Assembly (NCBI RefSeq): GCF_035084215.1
Contig: NC_090358.1
Location: 6,882,001 to 6,946,000, forward strand
Length of the DNA: 64,000 bases
From: Heptranchias perlo
Lineage: Eukaryota
Direction: 5' to 3'
Part shown: positions 1 through 13,375 of the stretch, piece after piece
Layout of the letters: every line of letters starts with the position of its first letter
Numbering within the stretch: the stretch's first letter is position 1
Notes under the pieces: model-generated
What the model was told of the DNA's origin: nothing
Database searches by the model: none
Seen by the model: the letters and a program-made list of their open reading frames with translations, nothing else
Translations under genes and position numbers: made by a program

Positions 1-619
1 TACGATGCCTACCTAGGGCCCTGGGTATATTTGACATTTTTTACTTGGAATTTAACTCCCTATTTTTATAGTTTGTGTTTTGATTTTTTTCCCCCAATTT
101 TTATTATACCACTTATGCATTCGCAAATAAATAATAATAATTCAAGTCCTTCAATCATATCCCTGGTCCTATTGCTCTGTACATTTAATACAATGCACAG
201 AATATGAAATTACTGTGATATTTTGCTGATTCGTGGCAAAGAAATAGTTTGTTGCTGTTATTACATTCCAGACATAAAATCAACCCATGATGTCATTTTA
301 GTGGTGAACACGTCTTGCATCACCCTTTTGGATTCAAGAAATGGGAGACAGTGAGTTCAGATTAGAGCAGAACACAACAGGAACCCAAAACCTGGTTGAT
401 TAAATATTAAGATTTTAAATGGAATGCAGGAGCAGGTGGGTCTTGATGTGCAGATACACAGGCTATTAAGGGTCACAGCACAAGTAAATGAGGTTATGTA
501 AATGGCAAATGAAATCTTTGGTTTTCTATTTTTAAAAATTTGTTCATGGGATGTGGGCGTCGCTGGTGAGACCAGCATTTATTGCCCATCCCTAATTGCC
601 CGTGAGAAGGTGGTGAGAA

Positions 620-1250
620 GGTATCTAAGGGTCATGGATTACAAGAACAATCAGGTAACGTTCAACTTGTACAAAGCCTTAGTTAGAGCGTAGTTGGAGT
701 ATTGCGTGCAGTTTTGGATATCTCATTACAGGAAGGATATAAAAGCAATGGAAAAGGTGCAGCATTGATTCCCTAGGATGTCACCAGGAATGAGAGGTTA
801 CAGTTACAAAGAGAGACTTGAGAAGATCGAGCTTTTTTCACTCGAGCTGAGAAGGTTAATGGTGGGGGGGGTCTAATAGACCTCCAAGATTATGAAGTGT
901 TGTGATTAGTTGAGTGGAGGTAGATTGTGTCCACGGGCTGGGAGATAATAATGAGTGGGCACTAATTTAAGATAATCGCAAAAAAAAATTATAGGGGAGA
1001 TTAGAAGAAAATCTCTTTGAACAAATGGTGGTCAGAAAGCAGAATTCTCTCCCACAAACCATCACTGAAGCAGAGTCAATAAATTCTTTTAAGAGGGAAT
1101 TGGGATAGTGGCTTAATAAAAAGTGGAATATTAAAGAGTATGGAGAGCGAGCAGGAAAGTGGGATTAGACTGGTTGGCTCATGTGGACAAAAATACCAGC
1201 ACAGACTCGATGGGCCAAATGGCCTGTTTCTGTGCTGGACCATTTCATGA
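620..1250 (+). mobile_element. CR1 LINE 3' fragment
   Basis: LYKALVR..LEYCVQFW-like coding remnants and a CR1 3' tail (GGGCCAAATGGCCTGTTTCTGTGCTG). Confidence 0.75.
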
Positions 1251-1716
1251 TTTGTAGTTGTTTCTCCCCCCACATGCCCAACTCCCTGTTTTCCCTTGTA
1301 AAATACAGGAAATCCTGTAGATAAGAGAATGTTTTAGGGGCAGGTGAAACAGCCCTGTTTTTTTTTACTGCGAAGATGTCTCAGATAACATGCTTAGGAG
1401 ATGTGGAGTGATATAAAAACAGAGCTTCTGGCAGAAACGTTCTCAGACAAGCGAGCAGGCTGCCTCAGTTACTCTGAAAGCAGAACAGATGTAAGGAAAA
1501 GGATTCCTTGTCCTCTGGCTACCAAACCACAGTGCTATTTTTAAAATTAATGTGGCGGTCTCTCCAAACAGCTGGACTGAAAGCTACTCACATGCTACAG
1601 ATAAGTAAGACATTACCCAATGCAATATCCCTTCCAGCTTTCCAACTGCACTCATTTTCTACTTTCCTTTCATGCTGTTCATTGTTCTGGGGAAATGTAC
1701 ATCAAAAAATAACCCC

Positions 1717-1717
<1 letters not shown>

Positions 1718-1748
<31 letters not shown>
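1718..1748. repeat. (CA)n microsatellite
   Basis: Direct reading. Confidence 0.95.
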
Positions 1749-1750
<2 letters not shown>

Positions 1751-1964
1751 GCGAGATCTGATAGTATTCTCCGCATCAGCCCAGGATATGCTGAGTGTAG
1801 AGCACATAATAATACGCTGTCTGTAATATCATCCGTCTGCAGCAAACATGTCAGAACAAGTTGTGAGTCAATCCTACTGCCAACATCGTGAGCCCTTCGA
1901 GAGCACACGGTTGTTGCAAACAGTTGTAGCCAGTAAATTTACAGGGATGGTACCATAACTGAGA

Positions 1965-2395
1965 GGTTATACCTATCAGGAAAGATTAAGCAAGCTGGGG
2001 AGAAGGCTGAGGAGTGACCTGATAGAGGTCTTTAAGATTATGAAAGGGTTTGATAGGGTAGACTTAGCGAAGGTCTTTCCACTTGTGGGGGAGTCCAAAA
2101 CAAGGGGCCATAAATATAAGATAGTCACTAATAAATCCAATAGGGAATTCAGGAGAAACTTCTTTACCCAGAGAGTGGTTAGAATGTGGAACTCGCTATC
2201 ACAAGGAGTAGTTGAGGTGAATAGCATAGATGCATTTAAGGGGAAGCTAGATAAGTACATGAGGGAGAAAGGAACAGAAGATTACACTGGTAGGGTTTGA
2301 TGAAGAGGGTGGGAGGAGGCTCGTGTGGAGCATAAACACTGGCATAGACCAGTTGGACAGAATGGCCTGTTTCTGTGCTGTGCATACTATGTAAA
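1965..2395 (+). mobile_element. CR1 LINE 3' fragment (intact reference for the R2 empty site)
   Basis: MKGFDRVD...TRGHKYKIV...FFTQRVVRMWNSL. Confidence 0.88.
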
Positions 2396-2494
2396 ATTAA
2401 GCTCTCATATGATAACAACACTTTAATATGGTTAAGGCCTGGGTTTAAATCGGGCCACAGTGATGAGATGGAGGTGTCTTCCCTGTAACGGAAG

Positions 2495-2865
2495 AACATA
2501 AGAAAAGAAATAGGAGCAGGAGTCGGCCATACGGCCCCTCGAGCCTGCTCCGCCATTCAAGCAGATCATGGCTGACCTTCGACCTCAACTCCACTTTCCC
2601 GCCCGATCCCTTGATTTCCCTAGAGTCCAAAAATCTATCCATCTCAGCCTTGAATATATTCAATGACTCAGCATCCACAGCCCTCTGGGGTGGAGAAATT
2701 CCAAAGATTCACAACCCTCTGCATGAGGAAATTCCTCCTCATCTCAGTCTTGAATGGCCGACCCCTGTATCCTGCGATTATGCCCCTTAGTTCCAGACTC
2801 TCTAGCCAGGGGAAACAATATCTCGGCATCTACCCTGTCAAGCCCCCTTATAATCTCATATGTTT
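2495..2865 (-). mobile_element. CR1 LINE 3' fragment
   Basis: ETYEIIRGLDRVDAEILFPLA; AESLNIFKAEMDRFLD. Confidence 0.85.
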
Positions 2866-3069
2866 CAACGTGGGTAAGGTCTAGCTTATAATAACCGTAC
2901 GGCCTTTCCTGCTGGGAATGCTCGTGTGTGGGTGCCAGGCAAGGACAGGATTGGGTTTGCAGGCGATGGTCTCCATGGCTGGATAGCCTACTGAAACTCA
3001 TTGACAAGGCTCATGAATGATGAACACGTGGGCAAGGTATTGATGGACAACCACTACCCATGGAACCAT

Positions 3070-3254
3070 GGGGGCAATTTTAACCGTAACCCATTGGGAA
3101 ACTGGCAGGATCGGGTGCAAAGCTGGTTTCACACCTCGCCTGATTTTACTCTCCATTGAAGTCAGTGGAGAATAATATTGGGCGGCGTGTAAAATCTGCG
3201 TTCCAACCGATCCCATGGGTTTCCCGCCCGGCGAGTTAGGTTAAAATCACCCCC
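3070..3254. mobile_element. Palindromic MITE-like element
   Basis: GGGGCAATTTTAACC...GGTTAAAATCACCCC termini; central CTCCATTGAAGTCAGTGGAG hairpin. Confidence 0.7.
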
Positions 3255-4194
3255 GATATCTCAGTGAGGGAGTCAAGATCTTTACGACAAAGGAGGCATG
3301 AAAATTAGCTTTTTTAAAAAAAAAAATTGCTCATTTGACCAAAAAGCCGCAAGACGGCTGGTGGAGGAAATGGAAGGAAAATCAGACTGGTGCAGCCAGG
3401 GCTGAGAGGGAGCTTCACTCTGCACCTGGCCCAGGAATGCTCGATACTGGGTGTCCACAATGCAAAAAGTTCCACTTGCCCAGGTCTAATGTCCCTCACC
3501 AAATGAGCACATAAAAATTCATACAAAAACAAATATTTTAAAGAAACGAAACCAGCTTAGTCATGACTTAATGATTATCAGAATCTACTTAAAAACAAAC
3601 CCATCTAATAAACAAGACATGTCTGTTGGTACATCACAGGAGCTGATACACTTGTGTGAAAGACTGTCGTAAATCTCACACCTATAGCATTTGTGGTATG
3701 GGGTTTTTCACACTCATGAAAACTCCTCATTATGAAGTGCCTCCTCCATAATACCCTACGGCCATTTTTTTTTTAAAAATGTCCCTTCTCCTCTCCTTAA
3801 AGTGCTGCTGCAAACGGTGTTTTCTTCTTGAGTGAGCCTAGAAAGTAAGCGCTGGGAGGTTATTCCACCATGGGAGGGGGTGAGTTACAACTGAGACGAA
3901 CGCTGTTCTCACCTGACATCCAGATGTGTGCACTTCCCAGTAGGAGTCGCTGGATATGACCAAGTGCAGGAAATGCAGCTGATTTTGCCCCTCGCTGGCG
4001 GAGAGGAGTTGAGGTCGATGGTAGCACTGCATATGGTCCAGGGCTGAAAACTGTTAATTCACAACATTCCGGGGTTTGAACCTGCTGGTCTGTCTGGTGT
4101 ACAATATCGTAGATGGATCACAGGCAAGCAAAGGATTGGATAAGAAGTAGAGGGGAAAAGCACTCACTAACTTGGATTTCATTTCGAGGATTTC

Positions 4195-4298
4195 ATTTTC
4201 ACATCGTTCACCTGACGAAGGAGGAAGCCTCCGAAAGCTTGTGAATTTAAAATAAAATTGCTGGACTATAACTTGGTGTTGTAAAATTGTTTACAATT
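4195..4298 (+). mobile_element. Penelope-like element terminal remnant with minimal hammerhead motif
   Basis: TTCAC-CTGACGA-A-GGAGG-AAG-CCTCC-GAAA-GC-TT-GTGAA followed by AATAAA. Confidence 0.7.
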
Positions 4299-5149
4299 GG
4301 AAACAATTCACTGTGGTTTTACCTTAATGCTCTCACTCTATCGCTCACCCTGATTTAGCATTTCATGCATTTTAATTCTGAATCTGGATTAAAATTTTAT
4401 TATCTGGATTATACTAAACCAAGCATTAAAAATGAAAAGATATTCAGATGTGTCATTAATATAATTATTGGCACTCTTTTGGATCAAATATTCTTTTTTT
4501 CTTGGCTTTGCAGAAAGAACCCTTTCATCTCATCTGGCCTGTTGATCCCACTGTACACAGTAAATATTTTACATCAGTTCCACTCGGTGATCACACTTCT
4601 AGCCCTGTACTGCCATCATGTGGAACTCTGGGGTTGGTTCCAATCACCAGCTGCAGATATTTCAATCCGTTTCACGCTTAGCATTTTTTTCTGATTTTCC
4701 TCTCCTCTCCTCTCCTGAAGACACTTGAGTGTTGCTGACCTCCCAACAAGAGGTCCCTCCTTTGTATGTGAGCGTTGGCAGATGTAGCAAAGCATCACAG
4801 CTAAGCCTGTGCTGTCCTCACCCAATGTCCATGCACTTTTCAGGAGGGACTAACTTAATAACAAGCAGGAGCAAGAACCCCATACAAGGGCACTGAACCC
4901 AACTGTAGCCCTCCTACTGCTGCATAGGCAGAGATTAACTAAATCAGCACATATTGGGGATCAAACCTACGAGTTCTGTATGGCCTCACATTGCACCAAG
5001 CAACACACTTTCCCCTCGACCACCAGGGGAGCCTCTTATGTGTTTTTATGATCTTTTGCGTTTTAGAATTTTACAATATGACTTCCCATTGGCATCCCAT
5101 CACCGTATGGGGGAATCGCAGGCACGGACCCGCGTCCCACAGACATGGT

Positions 5150-5790
5150 GGGTGATATAGTGGCCTTGGAAAAGGTCCAGAGGTGAGCTACGAGAACGAT
5201 TCCTCACTTAAAGAACCTCAGCTACTCAGGTAGGCTTAAGGATCTCGGTCTATTTACTTTAGAGCAGCGTGGACTTAGAGACGACCCGATGAAGGTCTTT
5301 AAAATAATGAAAGGGCTGGATTATTCCAGTTTAACAGGTTGGGGAGGACCAGGGGACACTAGTTTTAACTATGGAAGAGTAGGAATAGACTGGATGTTCG
5401 GAGGATCTTCTTTTCCTGGAGAATTGAGAGCCTCTGGAATACATTGCCGGCTGGTCTGGTGGGTGCTGACTCTCTGCATGCCTTCAAGAGGGAGCTGGAC
5501 CAGTTCCTGACTGGGGCAGAGATCGCATCATATATAAGTCAAAGTGTCTTCATTGATAAACTTAGTCCATGTGATCTCCTGGAATGGTTTTGATCACCTG
5601 AGGGGGTCGGAGGAGAATTTTACAGGGTATTTTTTCCCTTATTGGCCCTGGGATTTTTCTCTGGTTTCTTTTGGAGATTATATGGCTGTGGTGAGGGGGC
5701 GGGGGAGTGAGAGGAAGTGTTTAGTCATGGTGCTCCAGCCATCATGTGCGTGGGGCAGGCTTGATAGACCTTTTCCTGCCCATCCATTTT
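5150..5790 (+). mobile_element. CR1 LINE 3' fragment
   Basis: ALEKVQR-like and KVFKIMKGLD remnants. Confidence 0.7.
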
Positions 5791-7067
5791 GTATGTTTGT
5801 GCCTTTTTAATGGGTGGACTGCGAATAAATCTGGTGAGCAGTGAGGAGTCGGTATCTGTGTTTACATCAAGATTCCACCTCCATAACATTGCCCACCTCC
5901 ACCTTTACCTCAGCCCATCTACTACAGAACTCCTCATCCATAAAACAGATTATCTGGCCATTATCACACTGCTGTTTGTGGGAGCTTGCTGTGTGCAAAT
6001 TGGCTGCTGCCTTTCCTACATCACAACTGTGACTACAATTCATCGGCTGCAAAGTGCTTTGGAACATCCCGAGATCATGACAGGCACTATATAAACACAA
6101 ATTCTTTCTAAACACCAGTACGGATTGGTTGGACCGAACAGCCTGTTTCTGTGTTGTTACTTCTATGTAATTGTGCCTGGGAAAGCTAAGTGTACCCTAC
6201 TCCCAGTTCATCATGTTGGACCAGGAGAAGATCTCACTTCTTTGAGGCCTGTGTCTAATCAGCAGTTTTAAGGCATAAGGCTATAGTCCACATATGGTCT
6301 CTGATGGTTAACTAGATCAAACCCAGACATGTACGAACAGGCCAGCTTTGGTTTTTTGTGTAGAACAGATTTTCTGTGCAATTCCTGAGCTAGTTAAAAT
6401 TCCAGGGATTGAACTTCAGCTGTGTAATAATTGTAACTCGTTGGTTAATATTCTTAGAGTGATTTTGCATTTATATAGCACTTTCTTGCACCTCACAAAC
6501 ATTCCAAAGAGCTTCACATTACAATAAATTACTTTGAATGCACAGTAACTGTTGTTACGTAGGCAAACACTAACAGCCATTTTGTGCACAGCAAGATCGC
6601 ACAAACGATGGGACGAATGACAAGTTAATCTGTTTCCTGGTTAGCAACTTCAATAAAATAACAAACAGACGAATTACACCAGATCGTGATAAGCAACGCG
6701 ATAGAAATGTTGTACAGCAATATTTGGCCAACTGCAGCAGAGCCAGAAAATGCACGCACAAAGCAGCAATGCTTGTGCGGTCCAGCAGAGGGAGCCCCAG
6801 CACTGGTTAAACCAGGAAAGTTGCTCATTTGGTTGTCAGTTTCTTGTCCCAATTTCCCTGAATTTCTGAATTATTCCGAAACGGATTTTTTGGATTCTCA
6901 TCAGACGGCTGGCAAATCTGTCACTCCATGTGATTCCCATAGATCTGCGATTTTTATGGGTTTCACCAGCTTTGCTTTTGCGTACGTGTCCCTTTCAGCC
7001 ATGGTCAGCGTCTGGTGCAATATTTTTTTGAAATATTCCTTAAACCAGCAAAAGACTAAACCTTAGA

Positions 7068-8606
7068 CATACCATAACATCCCACCTGTAGTGCTGAAGA
7101 CTTGTGCTCCAGAACCAGCCGTGCCTCTAGCCAAGCTGTTCCAGTACAGCTACAACACTGGCATCTACCCGACAATGTGGAAAATTGCCCAGGTATGTCC
7201 TGTCCACAAAAAGCAGGACAAATCCAATCCGGCCAATTACCACCCCATCAGTCTACTCTCAATCATCACCAAGTGATGGAAGGTGTTGTCAACAGTGTTA
7301 TCAAGCGGCACTTACTCACCAATAACCTGCTCACCAATGCTCAGTTTGGGTTCCGCCAGGACCACTCAGCTCCAGACCTCATTACAGTCTTGGTCCAAAC
7401 ATGGACAAAGAGCTGAATTCCAGAGGTGAGGTGGGAGTGACTGCCCTTGACAACAAGGCAGCAGTTGACCGAGTGTGGCACCAAGGAGCCCTAGTAAAAT
7501 TGAAGTCAATGGGAATCAGGGGGAAATCTCTCCAGTGGCTGGAGTCATACCTAGCTCAAAGGAAGATGGTAGTGGTTGTTGGAGGCCAATCATCTCAGCC
7601 CCAGGACATTGCTGCAGGAGTTCCTCAGGGCAGTGTCCTAGGCCCAACCATCTTCAGTTGCTTCATCAATGACCTTCCCTCCATCATAAGGTCAGAAATG
7701 GGGATGTTCGCTGATGATTGCACAGTGTTCAGTTCCATTCGCAACCCCTCAGATAATGAAGCAGTCCGTGCCCGCATGCAGCAAGACCTGGACAACATCC
7801 AGGCTTGGGCTCATAAGTGGCAAGTAACATCCGTGCCAGACAAGTGCCAGGCAATGACCATCTTCAACGAGAGTCTGACCACCTCTCCTTGACATTCAAC
7901 GGCATTACCATCGCCGAATCCCCCACCATCAACATCCTGGGGGTCACCATTGACCAGAAACTTAACTGGACCAGCCACATAAATACGGTGGTTACAAGAG
8001 CAGGTCAGAGGCTGGGTATTCTGTGGCGAGTGACTCACCTCCTGACTCCCCAAAGCCTTTCCATCATCTGCAAGGCACAAGTCAAGAGTGTGATGGAATA
8101 CTCTCCACTTGCCTGGATGAGTGCAGCTCCAACAACACTCAAGAAGCTCGACACCATCCAGAACAAAGCAGCCCGCTTGATTGGCACCCCATCCACCACC
8201 CTAAACATTCACTCCCTTCACCACCGGTGCACTGTGGCTGCAGTGTGCACCATCCACAGGATGCACTGCAGCAACTCACCAAGGCTTCTTCGACAGCACC
8301 TCCCAAACCCACGACCTCTACCACCTAGAAGGACAAGGGCAGCAGGCACATGGGAACAACACCACCTGTACGTTCCCCTCCAAGTCACACACCATCCCGA
8401 CTTGGAAATATATCGCCGTTCCTTCATCGTCGCTGGGTCAAAATCCTGGAACTCCCTTCCTAACAGCACTGTGGGAGAACCTTCACCACACGGACTGCAG
8501 CGGTTCAAGAAGGCAGCTCACCACCACCTTCTCAAGGGCAATAGGGGATGGGCAATAAATGCCGGCCTCACCAGCGACGCCCACATCCCATGAACGAATA
8601 AAAATA
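7068..8606 (+). mobile_element. 5'-truncated CR1-group LINE (RT region + 3' end)
   Basis: NPANYHPISLLS, QFGFR, GVPQGSVLGP, FADD across frameshifted ORFs; 3' tail GGGCAATAAATGCCGGC...CCCACATCCCATGAACGAATAAAA, shared with fragments at 535-620, 26400-26515, 44860-45050, 47790-48170 and 56410-56575. Confidence 0.9.
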
Positions 8607-8726
8607 AGTGTGACTTACGCATATGCTCACAGAGCACGTTCCTATGTAATTACTCTAGTCAGCATTTTAAACAAAGCACCAACCTATTTAAAATAAATTA
8701 GTCAACACCCTCATTAAAATATTGGG

Positions 8727-9180
8727 TAACAACAACAGCTTGCATTTATATAGCACCTTGAATGTAGTAAAACGTCCCAAGGCGCTTCACAGGAGCGATT
8801 ATCAAACAAAATTTGACACCGAGCCACATAAGGAGATGTTAGGACAGGTGACCAAAAGCTTGGTCAAAGAACTAGGTTTTAAGGAGCGTCTTAAAGGAGG
8901 AGAGAGAGGTAGAGAGGCGGAGAGGTTTAGGGGGGGAATTCCAGAGCTTAGGGCCCAAGCAGATGAAGGCACGGCCGCCAATGGTGGGGCGATGGAAATC
9001 GGGAATGAGCAAGAGGCCAGAATTGGAGGAGCGCAGAGATCTTGGAGGGTTGTAGGGCTGGAGGAGGTCACAGAGATAGGGAGGGGCGAGGCCGTGGAAT
9101 GATTCGAACACAAGGATGAGAATTTTAAATTCGAGTCATTGCCGGACTGGGAGCCAACTTATGTCAGCGAACATAGGGCA
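8727..9180 (-). mobile_element. L2-type LINE 3' end
   Basis: HGLAPPYLCDLLQPYNPPRSLRSS...GGRAF...PKLWNS...SFKTLLKT, with a tail shared with the SINEs. Confidence 0.85.
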
Positions 9181-10023
9181 CTATCCTTTCATTCACTCGG
9201 GGGGAGACAATAACTGCTTTCAAGCTGGGCTATTTGCTGCCAATTTGAGCTTGTTGTGACTTTATGTCAAGTTCCCCTCAAGTGCCAGCCGCTCGCTGAA
9301 ACACCAGGCTGACTGTGACAGTAGGAGATGAACGACAGCGGTCTCAACCACTGTGAGATCGCTAATATAAAGTGGGGAGTGTACTCCACAGCCACCACCG
9401 CGCCCAGTACCCCACTGAACGTGCAAACCCTTTTTCAGTGCTCGAGAGTTAATAGTCACAGTTAAGATCAAAGCCCGCTGCACAGTTATTAGGATCGCAG
9501 TGCTAGTTTGCCTGGCACCTTCTGCCAAATCCAAATCCGGATAGGAGGCAGGATCTTGGCAGGGCTGCTGATATGATCTAGCTTGAGTTTGGAGACTTTC
9601 CTTATAGTTGATTAAAAAATAGTCCATTTAAAAACCTCATGATTAATGATGCCATATCACAAGACACAAGAGTGAATGGACAAACTGGACTTGTACTCAG
9701 TGCTGTAAAATTCCCCTGCCCCCCAATTTAATGGAGATATTAAGCTGTTTAAAAACAGATACAATTATCACCTCGGTTAAAACAGCAGAGGAAGGAATTG
9801 TTTAACCTCCAGGCCCTAATATCGCAGAGCACAGTTGCAACTTATCGGTGTCCTGTTGGAATCTTCTAGACCTGCAAAAACTGGACTGTCCAGCCCAGAA
9901 TGAGGTGGCTGCGTTCCTGAGGGGGAATCTTCCCACAACATGGCATCATCTGGTCATCCCAGAGAATATCTACATCCACAACATGTTCAAAGTGGCATTT
10001 ACAATCTGTAATCATTGCGCACA

Positions 10024-10475
10024 CTAAGAAAAAGACTTGCATTTATATGGCGCCTTTCATGGCCTCAGGACTTCTCAAAGCACTTTACAGCCAATGAAGT
10101 ACTTTTGAAGTGTGGTCACTGTTATAATGTAGGAAAGGCAGCAACCAATTTGCACACAGCAAGACCCCACATACAGCAATGTGATAATGACCAGATAAAC
10201 TACTTTAGTGATGTTGGTTGAGGGATAAATATTGGCCAGGATACCAGGTTTAGCAACTCTCCTTTGAAATAGTGCTACGTGTTTATAGCCACCTGAGAGG
10301 GCAGACAGGCCCTCAGTTTAATGTCTTATCTGAAAAACCACACCTCTGACAGTACAGCACTCCCTCAGTACTGCACTGGGAGTGTCAGCCTAGATTTTAG
10401 GCTTAAGTCTCAGGATTGAGCCCACAACCTTCTGACTTAAAGGCAAGAGTATTACCCACTGAGCCACGACTGACA
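10024..10475 (-). mobile_element. tRNA-derived Deu-domain SINE (SacSINE1-like), near full length
   Basis: A-box-like GTGGCTCAGTGG head, Deu-like core (AGACATTAAACTGAGG...CCTGGCCAATATT) and L2-like tail (GGCGCCATATAAATGCAAG). Confidence 0.75.
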
Positions 10476-11780
10476 GCTGCCACATTACAAACCCGTTCAC
10501 ATTTACGTTTAAACCAGAGTGGCGTGATTGTCACTCAGTGAGCAACACTTGACAGTCTCAGTCTGGCCTGTAATCTGGTCTGAAGGAGTCTTAAAGCAAA
10601 GAGCTCATGGTCCCAGAATCTTCCATTATGGGCTGCTGACAACACCTGCAGGGCAAAGGTGTTATCACAAATCACATGAAAAATCATTAAAATAACCAAT
10701 TTTGTGACTGGACAGGATTTTGACACCCATTCTCGCTGCTCGAAGTCCATTAGTAAGCGGGCTACTATTAATAAAATTCAACATTTGAATGTCGGGCGAG
10801 GACGGGATCAGCTTTGGCTTGTGTTGGGCAGCCTCCTGGTCCAGCCACTCACATACAGAACAGCCATTTAGTGAGACAAGCAATGGCAACTGCCGTCTGT
10901 TCCACTCCCTACCTAACAGCGCCTTCACCACATGCAGAAAAGCCGCGAGGTTAACCCTTAACAATCGAACTACGAGGAAGGACTAGAGTAAATGGGGCCC
11001 TTGGGCTTTGAAAGAAGGCGGCAAAGTCAAGACCTCACAGACACATAAAAGTTATTAAACTGCATTAAGAACCCAGAGCAGTACATCGAGGTAAAACCCA
11101 GGACAGCGGGGCAGGGGGTCACGGGTTGAAACTGGAGAAAAGGTGAATTTAGCAGTGAGCTCTTCACACAAAGTGCGATTAACACTGGGGCCAGTAAATT
11201 ACTCTTAGTGATGTCAGCTTTAACGTGTTTCAGGTTAGGTATGAATACTGTGGCCAGTCAACAATAGGTTCTTATCTTTCTGGCCAATTTGCCTTTCCTG
11301 GTCTGTATTTATTTGTGATTTTACCAGCCCAGCAATGAGAGACAGCACCTGGTGTGGAGGGGATAAAGGAATTCGAATTAAATCACCAACCTCCCCCCTC
11401 CCTCAGTCTGTGCGTCTGCCAGCTCACACAAACAGCAGCCGTCCAGAAGCTCCGACCAACAAATACACTGAACTCCCCCCGCCCACCACTGTGGGTTTAC
11501 AGGCTCATTCTGTGCTAATGGGACAATAATGAAATTCGCTTCAAACAGAAACTGTACCGGGCTGCACAGGACAGGATAATTAGGAAAGGGAAAAAGAGTT
11601 GTTTCTGCAAATTAAATGTTGTCAGCTCTCGGTTGCACAGGTGGCCCCTACTTGAATGAATCCAAAAATATTTGAATCTAACTTCTCAGGTCGTTTCACA
11701 CCATCAATTACTTTCTGAAGCGCAGCGACTGCTGTTATGCAAGAATGAACTTCCATTTATACACCCGCCTTATCACATCC

Positions 11781-12647
11781 TCAGGACCAATGAATTAATT
11801 TCAAAGTGCAGTGAAAACAACAGGCTGCTCTTTTGAGAAATACATAGATCATTCACTGTGATTCCCTCCACAGATGAATAGTCACATAAGGCTCCCAGCA
11901 AAAGGTAAAAAAGGAATTGTTTTTTGGTTTACATGTTACAAGCAGAATGTCTCCATATGATAAAAAGGCTATAGAGGCACTGGAGATGGTACAAAAAAAG
12001 ATTTACAAGGATGATACCAGAATTGCGAGATTATAGCTATCAGGAAAGATTGAACAGGCTGGGGCTCTTTTCTCTAGAAAAGAGAAGGCTGAGGGGTGAC
12101 CTGATTGAGGTCTTTAAGGTTATGAAAGATTAAGATTGGGATAGACGTAGAGAAAATGTTTCCACTTGTGGGGGAGACCAAAACTAGGGGTCATAAATAT
12201 AAGATAGTCACCAATAAATCCAACAGGGAAATCAGGAGAAACTTCTTTACCCAGAGAGTGGTTAGAATGTGGAGCCTGTTATTACATGGAGTAGTTGAGG
12301 CGGATAAGGAGAAGCTAGATAAATACATGAGGGAGAAAGGACTAGAAGGATATGCTGATAGGGTGAGATGAAGTAGGGTGGGAGGAGGCTCCGTGTGGAG
12401 CATAAATACCGGCATGGACCAGTCGGGCCGAATGGCCTGTTTCTGTGCTGTACATTCTATGTAATTCTCAGGACCAACGAATTACTTTCAAAATGTTGTA
12501 GAAACAACAGAATAAGGGGGAGGGGGGCTCCCCATATGAAAAATAAATAAATCATTCACTATGATTCCCTCCACAGTTCAATAGCCAAATAAGGCTCCCA
12601 GCAAGAGGTAAAAAGAGGAACTGTTGTTGGTTTACATGTTAGAAGCA
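11781..12647 (+). repeat. ~165-180 bp direct repeat (11781-11944 / 12468-12647) flanking a CR1 insertion
   Basis: Both copies run TCAGGACCAA...ATCATTCACT.TGATTCCCTCCACAG...TAAGGCTCCCAGCAA...GGTTTACATGTTA.AAGCA. Confidence 0.85.
11945..12467 (+). mobile_element. CR1 LINE 3' fragment
   Basis: MFPLVGETKTRGHKYKIVTNKSNREIRRNFFTQRVV; 3' tail ATTCTATGTAATTC. Confidence 0.88.
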
Positions 12648-12999
12648 AAACGTATAACAGCATTTAAAAGGGAAATGGATAAATAGTTGAAAAATAAAAA
12701 AATGAGAGAAAGGGCAAGGGAATAGGGCGAAGTGGGTGGCCCTATCAATGAGCTAGCACAGACCAGATGGGCCAAATCGCCTAGTCTGTGCAGCTAAGAT
12801 TCTATGAGCTTATTTTCCCATGTTGGATGTAAAACTGTAAGGCAAGAAAGGGGAGAGTGTATCTAGGAAAAAGCAGGAATACTAACTTGACTGCGCTGCT
12901 TAATTCAATCTGTGCCAGACAAATCCTGATAGTAATACTCAATTTAAAAAAAAAATAATCTCTTGCAAATTTCTCTCGCTCCCCTTAAATTCCTTCCCT

Positions 13000-13231
13000 T
13001 TTTGCCCAGTTCCGGGAAGGACCAGTCCTTGGTGCCACGTCAGGTTTAGACCGAATCCCAGACACCGCTGGAGGCGGGGCTGAAACAGACCTGTGAAAGT
13101 GACACGATTTAAAATTTATTTTTATTTTAGGGGCAGCTTTCCCTGTTTGCAGGACGGGACGGGACGGGACAGTGCAATTGGTCCAGCCCGCTGTTACATT
13201 ATCCCTGCTGTGTTGATACTTCTCTGTAACG
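13000..13231 (+). promoter_or_regulatory. Probable TMED-like gene promoter / 5' UTR
   Basis: GC box GAGGCGGGGC at 13071 and local CpGs immediately upstream of coding exon 1. Confidence 0.4.
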
Positions 13232-13375
13232 ATGATACTGTTGCTTTTCTCTCTGGTGCTGTTGCCTTCGACATTCGCCAATTTCACTGAATTAACATTC
13301 GAACTGCCGGATAAAGAGATTCAGTGTTTCTTCGAGGAGGTTGAGCAGGACGGCCAGTTCTCCCTGATTTTCCAG
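13232..13375 (+). CDS. TMED3/TMED7-like p24 (GOLD domain) cargo receptor, coding exon 1
   Basis: ATG at 13232; MILLLFSLVLLPSTFA signal peptide followed by NFTELTFELPDKEIQCFFEEV (p24-gamma LTFELPD..CF motif); 144 nt, ends CAG|GTAAG in phase 0. Confidence 0.9.

Noticed and set aside
10506-10647. Minus-strand exon-like segment (CCCTGCAG|...|GTAAAT)
   Set aside because: Stops in all three frames and no recognisable homology; at most non-coding
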